Source: Methanobacteriota archaeon (lineage in GTDB: Archaea > Thermoplasmatota > Thermoplasmata > RBG-16-68-12 > JAJISG01). From it: a stretch of DNA of 64,000 nt. A program made the translations under genes and the position numbers. The number at the start of each line of letters is the position of its first letter. Positions within the stretch are counted from its first letter, which is position 1. Under the pieces are notes generated by a model that saw nothing but the letters and a program-made list of their open reading frames with translations, ran no database searches and was not told the DNA's origin. This document shows positions 56,928 to 64,000 of the stretch, piece by piece. The stretch lies in NCBI GenBank assembly GCA_030594205.1, contig JAUVFR010000001.1, forward strand, positions 71,870-135,869. Direction: 5' to 3'.

Positions 56928-56987
56928 AACCCGGTCGTCGTAGGGACCAGAGAAACCCGAGTCACGCTCGAAACCGAGAAGGCGTAC

Positions 56988-57850
56988 TTGGAGGAGTTCG
57001 AACCCGATCGGGCCTGGCTCCGGGAACCCGATCTGTTTCAACGCTTCCGGGTCCCCGAGCAGGGGGTTCCTCTGGCGGCATCGAAGGTCGATCCGGACGC
57101 GATGCTCCTGGTGGTCGCGCGGGAACGCATCCGACGGGCTTTCCTCGTGACCGAAATGGCCTACCACCACCTCGCGCAGGGCGCCCTGGGGGGCCAGCCG
57201 TACCTCGTGAGCTTCTGTACGGTCTGTCATAGCGGCGTGGGGTTGGTCCTCGGATCGAGGGAGAGGTCCACTCCTTCAGCGCCGGCGGACTCTACAACGG
57301 ACTTGTCTTGTTGATTGACGACGAAACCAGAACCTACTGGGACCACATTCGCGGCTTGGCCCTGTACGGCCCCCTCCGAGGCGCCCGGATGGAAACCTTC
57401 CCGCTGGAGGTGACGAACGTGCGTGCTGCCTTGCGAACCGATCCGGAGCTGACCCTGTCACGCTCGAACCCCAAGCCATCCGCCCGCGTTCTTGGCTTGG
57501 TCGCGCGCAATACCTTTCGACGCAAGGGATTCCTCCCCCCCGGGTTTCGGCAGACCATGAGGCCGAAGGACGAACGCCTGCCGGAGATGACTCACGGACT
57601 CGGCGTGATGGGGGCCGAGGTGCAGCGCTTCTACCCGCTCGACCGGATCGCGGGAGGGGTGCTGGATGAAATCGCAGGTCGAGCCCCTCGTGTGGAAATG
57701 GATGAGGAGACGCAGGTCCCCACGGCTCGCTGGGAGGACGACGGGACCCGCCCGATGCAGGTCTTCTCACGGTGGTACGGGTTCGTCGCGACGTTCCCGC
57801 GGACGGGCGTTTTCGCCCCGGCCGAGTCGGCACCCCGCGTATCTGTTTGA
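56988..57850 (+). pseudogene. DUF3179-family protein interrupted by a -1 frameshift near 57245-57255
   Basis: ORF 56988..57314 ends …SFCTVCHSGVGLVLGSRER*. The frame-2 translation from 57233 (RRGVGPRIEGEVHSFSAGGLYNGLVLLIDDETRTYW…) restores the conserved DUF3179 core. A single missing nucleotide would join them. Confidence 0.65.
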
Positions 57851-57921
57851 GGGGTCCGAAGGGCTTTATAGCTAGCCAGGGGTAAAGCGGGGTCGCGAGC
57901 GAGCGCGGGCGGTTTGTCACG

Positions 57922-58545
57922 ATGGCAACGGAGGGCGAGAAGGCGGAGTCTCGGGCCCTGCGGGGTCTCTACCGGAACATCCGGGAAGCCTGGAAGACTC
58001 CGAGCCAGACGTACGTCGGCCCCCTGCTCCGCGAAAGGATGATCGAGTGGCGAAAGGGTCCCTCGGTGGCCCCTCTCGACCGGCCCACCCGGTTGGACCG
58101 TGCGAGGGCGCTCGGATACAAGGCGAAACCGGGGATTGTGGTTGCCCGGTCGCGTGTGCGAAGAGGAGGGCTGCGGAAGCGCGCCATCCGCGGCGGCCGG
58201 AAGCCTAAGCGCATGGGCATTGCGAAGATCACCATGGCGAAGAGCATCCAGCGGATTGCGGAGGAACGCGCGGGGAAGCGTCATCCCAACATGGAGGTCC
58301 TGAACTCCTATTGGGTAGGTGAAGATGGTCGACACAAGTACTACGAGGTCATCCTCGTCGATCCTCACAGCCCTTCCATCCGAAGGGACAAGGAGCTGAA
58401 CTGGATTCGGCGACCGGAGCATAAGAGACGCGTCGCCCGCGGGCTCACTTCGGCCGGAAAGAAGGGCCGAGGTCTTCGGCGAAAGGGGAAGGGAGCGGAG
58501 AAGGTACGCCCCTCCATCCGCGCCCACCAAGGAAAGGGAAAGTAG
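57922..58545 (+). CDS. rpl15e: 50S ribosomal protein L15e
   Basis: A 207-aa highly basic protein, with [11 protein letters not shown]...WRKGPSV...RRGGLRKR typical of L15e. Confidence 0.92.
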   Translation: MATEGEKAESRALRGLYRNIREAWKTPSQTYVGPLLRERMIEWRKGPSVAPLDRPTRLDRARALGYKAKPGIVVARSRVRRGGLRKRAIRGGRKPKRMGIAKITMAKSIQRIAEERAGKRHPNMEVLNSYWVGEDGRHKYYEVILVDPHSPSIRRDKELNWIRRPEHKRRVARGLTSAGKKGRGLRRKGKGAEKVRPSIRAHQGKGK

Positions 58546-58546
58546 G

Positions 58547-59422
58547 CTAGGCGGGGCCCAGAACCGTCAGGCGGAGCCTCTCGAGCCGCGCCGAGTTGAA
58601 CCCCATCAGGGGATAAAACGCGGGCCGAAAGGTCCCCTTCCGTGTCTCCGTCGCTGTCCAGGGGTAGACAAACCCCACTGCCCCCGCGTCGTCTGCGACC
58701 TGGCGCATCTCCTCAAGCGAGTCGATTTCCTGCCACCGAAGACCGGGATCCCACGCCTGCAGTCCGGCGGCCCACTTGTCCTCCCCTCGGAACACCGGCA
58801 GGACATAGCTGCCTCGTTTCATCATGAGCCACGAAGCCAGGGCGCCCTCCGGCGTCTCCACCAGGCTCACCACCTTACCTTGGGTGCCGAGGGGCAGGCC
58901 CCCGACGCCCGGCAAGATCTCGGTGAAGAGGAACGCCTTCGCCCCGCGCACCTCCACGTGAACCTCCCAATCGGGCGCGGTTAGATTTACGTTCAGTTCG
59001 GGAAATCTGGCGAGAATGGCCGATCCGACTTCCCGCGCGACGTCTGCGCTGGTGAAGGGATGTTCACCGACCCGACGGGTCCGGACCGCGAAGCTGGACC
59101 CTTTCGTTCGAACCTCCTTCGCCAGCCGAACGGCCTTCGGGAGAATGGACTCCAGATCGCCCGGGCTTTCCCAGACCGGACTGAAGGAGACGAGCCCGAA
59201 CACCCTGCCGAGCCTTCGGGTCGCGTCCGGATCGTCGGATTCCACGAAGAGGCGCCCCTCCTCCCCCGACACGCGACCCCCACCGTCCTTATCGCCCAAG
59301 AGACGGAGGACGTTCTCGCGCAGACGTCTCATCATCTGGCCTCGCACATGGCGCCCCTTGAGCCCCATTTCCCCGTAACGGAGGAGGAATTTCACCCTTG
59401 CAGCAAGGCGCCCGGGATACAT
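58547..59422 (-). CDS. ThiI-like THUMP-domain protein lacking the PP-loop (degenerate tRNA 4-thiouridine synthase paralog)
   Basis: The N-terminal ferredoxin-like and THUMP domains are collinear with ThiI (…GGLPLGTQGKVVSL…). Where ThiI has SGGFDS, this protein has VETPEGA. The product is 291 aa from ATG 59422, and the upstream part of the track ORF is low-complexity. Confidence 0.55.
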   Translation of the reverse strand: MYPGRLAARVKFLLRYGEMGLKGRHVRGQMMRRLRENVLRLLGDKDGGGRVSGEEGRLFVESDDPDATRRLGRVFGLVSFSPVWESPGDLESILPKAVRLAKEVRTKGSSFAVRTRRVGEHPFTSADVAREVGSAILARFPELNVNLTAPDWEVHVEVRGAKAFLFTEILPGVGGLPLGTQGKVVSLVETPEGALASWLMMKRGSYVLPVFRGEDKWAAGLQAWDPGLRWQEIDSLEEMRQVADDAGAVGFVYPWTATETRKGTFRPAFYPLMGFNSARLERLRLTVLGPA

Positions 59423-59488
59423 GCGCCTTCGCGTCCCCGTTCCCTCCCGGCGAAGATACCTTTTTCTCGCTCTCCCGATTCGACCCGC

Positions 59489-60283
59489 GTGGACTTGCAG
59501 ATTCTGACGGTGGTCTCCATCCTGGTCTTCACCGTGGCCTTCGTGTACTCCAACTTGGGCCTCGGGGGGGGCACGCTGTACGTCCCCATCCTCCTTGCCT
59601 TCGTCACGCCGTTTAAGGAAGTGGCCGTGCCCATGTCGCTTGCGTTGACCCTGGCCACCGCCATGCCCGCGGCGATCAATCATTATCGGAAGAACTTGGT
59701 TCACACCCGACTGGCGTTCATCCTGGTCGGCGGTGCCCTCGTCGGTGCCGTCCTGGGGGCCCTGTTCACCCTTGCGATCACGCGTGAAATTTTCCTCCTG
59801 TTCTTCTCGGCGATTCTCGTGGTGGTCGGAGGGAAGATGCTCTGGGACTGGCTGGGCCATGCGGAGACGCTGGAGCGCAATGACGACGCGAAGATCACGA
59901 ATCCCCGGCTCGGTCTCACTTCCACGGCGACCCTCTCCTCCGGTTTCCTCTCCGGCAGCCTGGGTATCGGGGGCGGGGTGGCAAACGTGCCCATCATGGT
60001 CTACGGCCTCGGTCGGCGCACGCGCCTCGCCATTGGGACCTCCACCCTCATGATCGTGCCCACATCCATCGTGGGGGTCCTGAGCTACCTTTACTTCGAA
60101 GGCCTGGCGACCTTGGACGTCGGGTTGACCGCCTTCCTGTGGGTCCTCGTTCTCGTCGGCTCCTTCCTGGGGTCCTACTGGGGGCTCCGCAAGCTTCGGT
60201 CCCGGTCCGTCGCCCTTATCTTCATCCTGGTCCTTTTCGTGGCGGCGGTGAAGATGCTCACCGACCTGATCCTGGGGAGCTAA
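59489..60283 (+). CDS. TauE/SafE (TSUP) family sulfite/anion exporter-like membrane protein
   Basis: Two repeated 4-TM halves carry glycine-rich motifs (NLGLGGGTLYVPILL; SGSLGIGGGVANVPIMV). The probable GTG start is at 59489. Confidence 0.72.
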   Translation: MDLQILTVVSILVFTVAFVYSNLGLGGGTLYVPILLAFVTPFKEVAVPMSLALTLATAMPAAINHYRKNLVHTRLAFILVGGALVGAVLGALFTLAITREIFLLFFSAILVVVGGKMLWDWLGHAETLERNDDAKITNPRLGLTSTATLSSGFLSGSLGIGGGVANVPIMVYGLGRRTRLAIGTSTLMIVPTSIVGVLSYLYFEGLATLDVGLTAFLWVLVLVGSFLGSYWGLRKLRSRSVALIFILVLFVAAVKMLTDLILGS

Positions 60284-60315
60284 GATTTAAGGCGACTGTC
60301 CAGCTTGGTGCCGCG

Positions 60316-61467
60316 GTGGACTACTCCCCGGGCGGCAGCAGGGGCGACGAGGATTCCCTGAAAGTCGCGGGCGAGAGTCTGGTGGAGGCCTACGTTCGAA
60401 ACGAGGAGTTGAGACGGGTTCCCTGGTTGGTTCTCCTGCGCAAGGTGGCCTTCGCTCTCGCCGGCGCCTTCACGTTCATTCTAGGCATCCAGCTGATGCA
60501 GGTCTCCGCCCAGGAGTTGATTCCCACCCTGACGGGGCTGTTCGGCTCGTTGGTCGAGGCCCCTCACAATGCCCTGGGATTCGGGTGGCTCGTGACCTAC
60601 GGCGTCCTCAGCGGGTCCCCGATCGCCGCCCTGGGTCTGGGGCTCTTCGACGCGCAGGCCATGACCGACATATCGGCCTACTTCATGATCATGGGGTCAC
60701 GCTTCGGGGCCTCCTTCATTGTCATTGTCATTGGCACCATCGCCATCCTGCGGGGCGGGGGCCGGGAGGAGAGCCTCTCCATGGGCGTTCTCGCCTTCCT
60801 CGTGACCTACACGGTCTACGTTCCCGCCCTGTTCCTGGGAGTCTTCCTTCTCGACGGCAACTACCTGCCGTGGCTCGACATCTCCACCCCGCCCGTGATT
60901 GTCGGGGTCGTGGACCTGATCTTTGGCCCCTTGCGGGACGCTGCGGCCGCGCTTTTGCCCCCCGGGGCCGTCTTCTTCCTGGCTTTCCTGGCTCTCTACG
61001 CCGGTTTCTCTCTCTTCGACCGGGCCTTTCACCGCCAGGAGGTCGAGGAGGTCGAGGTCACGGCCCTTCATCGCGCCCTCGAGGTCCCCCTGTTCTCCTT
61101 CTTCTTGGGCGCGGGGATCACCCTCCTCTCCACGAGCGTCTCGCTCTCCCTGGGGATGCTCGTCCCCCTCTATCTCAAGGGGTACCTCCGTCGCCGGGAC
61201 GTGATTCCCTACATCATTGGGGCGAACATCACCACATTCGTGGACACCCTCCTCGTGGCTTTTCTCCTCTCCAACTCGGCGGCTACCCACATCGTCCTCA
61301 TCGCGATGCTGAGCGTCGGGGCCATCTCCATCCTGGTTCTCCTGGTCTACCGCTGGTACAGCAAGGCCCTCCTGTGGCTGTTTCACTGGACCTTCCACAG
61401 CAACCGCGCCGTGATTGGTTTCGTCGTCCTTCTAGTCGTTGTTCCTCTCATTTTGGTGGTGGTATGA
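60316..61467 (+). CDS. Polytopic membrane protein, hypothetical (weak resemblance to Na+/phosphate symporter PNaS repeats)
   Basis: About 10 TM helices. A GIQLMQVSAQ…TGLFGS motif is present. The probable GTG start at 60316 follows the TauE stop. Confidence 0.45.
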   Translation: MDYSPGGSRGDEDSLKVAGESLVEAYVRNEELRRVPWLVLLRKVAFALAGAFTFILGIQLMQVSAQELIPTLTGLFGSLVEAPHNALGFGWLVTYGVLSGSPIAALGLGLFDAQAMTDISAYFMIMGSRFGASFIVIVIGTIAILRGGGREESLSMGVLAFLVTYTVYVPALFLGVFLLDGNYLPWLDISTPPVIVGVVDLIFGPLRDAAAALLPPGAVFFLAFLALYAGFSLFDRAFHRQEVEEVEVTALHRALEVPLFSFFLGAGITLLSTSVSLSLGMLVPLYLKGYLRRRDVIPYIIGANITTFVDTLLVAFLLSNSAATHIVLIAMLSVGAISILVLLVYRWYSKALLWLFHWTFHSNRAVIGFVVLLVVVPLILVVV

Positions 61468-61508
61468 CAACCGCGGATTGCCCGAGCAGAAACGGGGGGT
61501 AACCGGAC

Positions 61509-62372
61509 ATGGCCCAACGTCGACGGAGTCGAAAACGCCGCGTCCTGGTCGCGACGAACCGATCGGGGGATGAATACGCCCTCGACTACGGGGTTCGCCT
61601 CGCCGAGTCCTTGGGGGCAGAGCTCGACCATTGGATGATCGTCGAGACGGTCGATGAGTGGCGGGCCGAGGCCCCCGCCCTGGAGCAAGAGAAGGAGTCT
61701 TGGAAGGATCGAGAACCCGCGGTCCAGGCCGAGCTGAAAAAGGGGCTGGCCGTGGAGATTCTGAGTCGTCTCCAACCGCAGCGATATCGGCTCGTCCTGC
61801 TCCGGTTTCGGGGACGCCGTGGCCTGAAGAAGGTCTTCCCGCGGTCGGAAATCCTCTCGATCCTTCGTCACGGAAAGGTCAGTTTCCTCGTTCTGCAGCG
61901 ACGACGGCGGCAGGTTCCGAAGAAGGTGCTCGTCTGTACGGGGGGTTCGGTCTATGCCCAACAAGCCGCGGAGTTCAGCGCCCGCCTCCTCGGCCCGCTC
62001 GGCGTCCAGACGACCGTCTTTCATGTGGCGGAGACCCAGCCGAAGTTTATCCTTAGCCAAGGGGCGGAGAAACCGGAGCTCGACCCGCGGATGGCGCGGG
62101 CTATGGCCCGGGCCCGACGGCCCTTCGAACGGGCGGGTTCCGAGACAACCGAGAAGGTACGATTCGGAAAGGTTGCCGACCAGATTCTCGCAGAGACCAC
62201 CTCGGGACGCTTCGACCTGATCGTGGTGGCGTCCCATGGAGAGAGCGGGATCCGCCATCTGCTCTTGGGCTCGGTGCCTGAGGAACTCGTGAAAAGGGCG
62301 CGGATCCCTTTGCTCATCGTACGGGCAACGAAAACCAGAACGATTTGGAGCCGATTATTCGGCCGAGGATAG
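61509..62372 (+). CDS. Universal stress protein, tandem UspA domains
   Basis: Two Usp-like halves end in HGESGIRHLLLGSVPEELVKRARIPLLIV (the G-x2-G-x9-G-S/T ATP motif region). Confidence 0.72.
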   Translation: MAQRRRSRKRRVLVATNRSGDEYALDYGVRLAESLGAELDHWMIVETVDEWRAEAPALEQEKESWKDREPAVQAELKKGLAVEILSRLQPQRYRLVLLRFRGRRGLKKVFPRSEILSILRHGKVSFLVLQRRRRQVPKKVLVCTGGSVYAQQAAEFSARLLGPLGVQTTVFHVAETQPKFILSQGAEKPELDPRMARAMARARRPFERAGSETTEKVRFGKVADQILAETTSGRFDLIVVASHGESGIRHLLLGSVPEELVKRARIPLLIVRATKTRTIWSRLFGRG

Positions 62373-62399
62373 GGGCCCCGGAGGGGGGTGCCTCGGGAA

Positions 62400-62545
62400 G
62401 TACGACCTCGTCGTCTTGGGATCCCACAGGATGGACCTCATTCGGAAGCTTCATCTTGAGAAGGGTCCGCGAGGAGGCCGTAGAAGTGGTTCGGAAGCCG
62501 ATCTTCATGGTCCGGACCCAGGAGAGGCATAAGTCTGGCGGCGCC
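62400..62545 (+). pseudogene. Frameshifted remnant of a third Usp domain
   Basis: KYDLVVLGSHRMDLIRKLHL (frame a) is followed in frame +1 by RRVREEAVEVVRKPIFMVRTQE. Together these resemble a Usp C-terminus (YDLIVMGSHG…GSV…PVLVVR). Confidence 0.35.
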
Positions 62546-62601
62546 TTCTGGGGTTGCGATGGCGGCGGGAAACCTTTAGACACGGCACAGAATGGTGTGT
62601 C

Positions 62602-63735
62602 ATGGCGCTCCCTCAGCCCGTCCCGGAACGAACCCGTCACCCGTTCCTGACCTACGACATGATTCAGGAGATTCCCGATGCCCTAGAGGCCACCCTCGAG
62701 AATACCCGAGACGAGGCGAAGCGCATCGCGGCGGAAGCGGAAGATTTTGACGCCATCATGTTCATCGGCTCGGGCACCGCGTTCTTCGCCGCCCAGCTTG
62801 GCAGTCAGCTGCTCCGACTGGCCGAGGACCCGATTCGATACCAGGCTCTCGAGGCCTTCGAGTTCCTCCACTACCTCCGCCGAGTCCCTCCGAAGACCCT
62901 CGTCGTCGGCATCTCCCACAGTGGAGTCACAAAAGCCACCGTGGATGCGTTGGGGAAGGCCCAGGGGCGGGACGTGCTCCGCGTAGGCATCACCCACTTT
63001 CGTGACCGTCCCATCGCCCAGGTCGTGAATCACCTCGTGATCGCGGGCAACGGACCAGATCGGTCCAAATGCCACACGAAGTGCTATGTGACGGGAGCTC
63101 TCGCGTCGACGGTCGTCATTCTTGAGCTTCTCCGCGTTTGGAGCGGGCAACTTCCCGATACAGTGAGAGACGTCGCCGAGCAGATCTCTGACCTGCCAGC
63201 TTTGGCTCGACGCGTCTTGCGGGAGGCCGACAGGGCCTGTGCACGGTGGGCAGAAGCCTACGTCGACCAGGACCACCACTACTACGCGGGGGCCGGACCC
63301 AACCGAGTGACGGCCCTCGAGGCCGCCCTCAAGATCAAGGAGACGAGCTTCCTGCCCGCCGAAGGGATGGAGACCGAGGAGGTCGGCCACGGTTCCTGGG
63401 TCTCCCTCGACCCGAAGAGCCTCCTCGTCCTCATTGCGCCTCGCGGGGCGAGCCACGAACGGAGCTTGGATCTTGCTCGAGTGGCGAAAATCGTGGGCAC
63501 CCCGGTCCTCGGCGTCGTCTCGGAGGGCGACGGGGCCCTAGCGGCCCGCTGCGACCAGGTGATCGAGATTCCCCAGACAGACGAGTGGCTCTCTCCCTTC
63601 CTCACCATCCTCCCGCTCTACCTTTTCGCCTACTACTCCAGCATAGGCCGCGGCGTGAACCCGGATGAGCTGCGCTACCTGGAACCACGGTACTGGCAGG
63701 CCCGACAGATTGTGTTCCCACCAGGGACTCACTGA
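62602..63735 (+). CDS. SIS-domain sugar isomerase (two SIS domains; GlmS-isomerase-domain/AgaS/NagB-II-like)
   Basis: SIS motifs (IMFIGSGTAFFAA; VGISHSGVTKATV; YYAGAGPNRVTALEAALKIKETS) are present. The start is at MALPQPV. Confidence 0.75.
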   Translation: MALPQPVPERTRHPFLTYDMIQEIPDALEATLENTRDEAKRIAAEAEDFDAIMFIGSGTAFFAAQLGSQLLRLAEDPIRYQALEAFEFLHYLRRVPPKTLVVGISHSGVTKATVDALGKAQGRDVLRVGITHFRDRPIAQVVNHLVIAGNGPDRSKCHTKCYVTGALASTVVILELLRVWSGQLPDTVRDVAEQISDLPALARRVLREADRACARWAEAYVDQDHHYYAGAGPNRVTALEAALKIKETSFLPAEGMETEEVGHGSWVSLDPKSLLVLIAPRGASHERSLDLARVAKIVGTPVLGVVSEGDGALAARCDQVIEIPQTDEWLSPFLTILPLYLFAYYSSIGRGVNPDELRYLEPRYWQARQIVFPPGTH

Positions 63736-63745
63736 GGAAGGAAGG

Positions 63746-64000
63746 CTACGTCCAGAAAGGCACGGCGCGCCGTTTGAGCATGGCGCGGAACTGTCGGGTT
63801 GTGCGCTGGAAGACCCGGTTCGTGTTCCGGTCCAGGATGACCCCGTACCGCCGGAAGAGGTCGAGCTCGTCGATCTTTCCCTCCGCAAACTTCTTCGCCA
63901 CGGCCTCGGGGTCCTCCTCCAGCCACATGGCCCGGTTCTCGCGGATCGCCTGCCGTTCCCCCTCCGTCGCCTCCCGATCGATTTCGTACTCCGCGAGTTC
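63746..64000 (-). CDS. Hypothetical protein, C-terminal part (3' partial; continues beyond window end)
   Basis: The frame is open to the window edge (…ELAEYEIDREATEGERQAIRENRAMWLEEDPEAVAKKFAEGKIDELDLFRRYGVILDR…) with coding-like composition. No family could be assigned. Confidence 0.45.
   Translation of the reverse strand, partial: ELAEYEIDREATEGERQAIRENRAMWLEEDPEAVAKKFAEGKIDELDLFRRYGVILDRNTNRVFQRTTRQFRAMLKRRAVPFWT

Noticed and set aside
1-64000. CRISPR arrays, IS elements, toxin-antitoxin or defence islands
   Set aside because: No repeat-spacer periodicity and no transposase-like ORFs or terminal inverted repeats were found. No restriction-modification, Cas, or Argonaute-like proteins were recognised. 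The only direct repeat found is the att-like 21-mer.

Overview
This is a high-GC (about 65%) archaeal chromosomal segment, probably from a thermophilic, heterotrophic euryarchaeon-like organism. Archaeal markers are RadA, family-B DNA polymerase, aIF2-beta, ribosomal proteins S8e and L15e, SRP19, DUF211, archaeal phosphopantothenate synthetase, pyruvoyl-dependent arginine decarboxylase, and a DIP (di-myo-inositol phosphate) osmolyte cluster. The core content is housekeeping and energy metabolism: the class II RNR C-terminus, GdhA, a divergent etfD/etfBA locus, a sdhABCD-icd operon, proline dehydrogenase, thiolase and acyl-CoA dehydrogenase. DNA repair and RNA modification genes are also present (Nth, Ogg-like, Lhr, RadA, PolB, TrmY, Trm5, Dph5, TsaC). 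The most unusual features are listed below.
- A roughly 3.5 kb low-GC island sits at the 3' end of tRNA-Arg(TCG). It is bounded by a 21-bp perfect direct repeat of the tRNA 3' end and carries an oxidoreductase/hydrolase operon but no integrase.
- A Ni-superoxide dismutase gene with its SodX maturation peptidase lies in an archaeal context.
- A 1799-aa 'long' Lhr helicase is present.
- aIF2-beta is fused to a TRAM domain.
- A ThiI-like THUMP protein lacks the PP-loop and sits next to a TauE/SafE exporter.
- Several genes are apparently frameshifted (DUF885, DUF3179, the aminotransferase N-terminus, a Usp remnant), suggesting assembly indels or pseudogenization.
- No CRISPR array, IS element or integrase was found.
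- Many long antisense ORFs in the track are high-GC artefacts.
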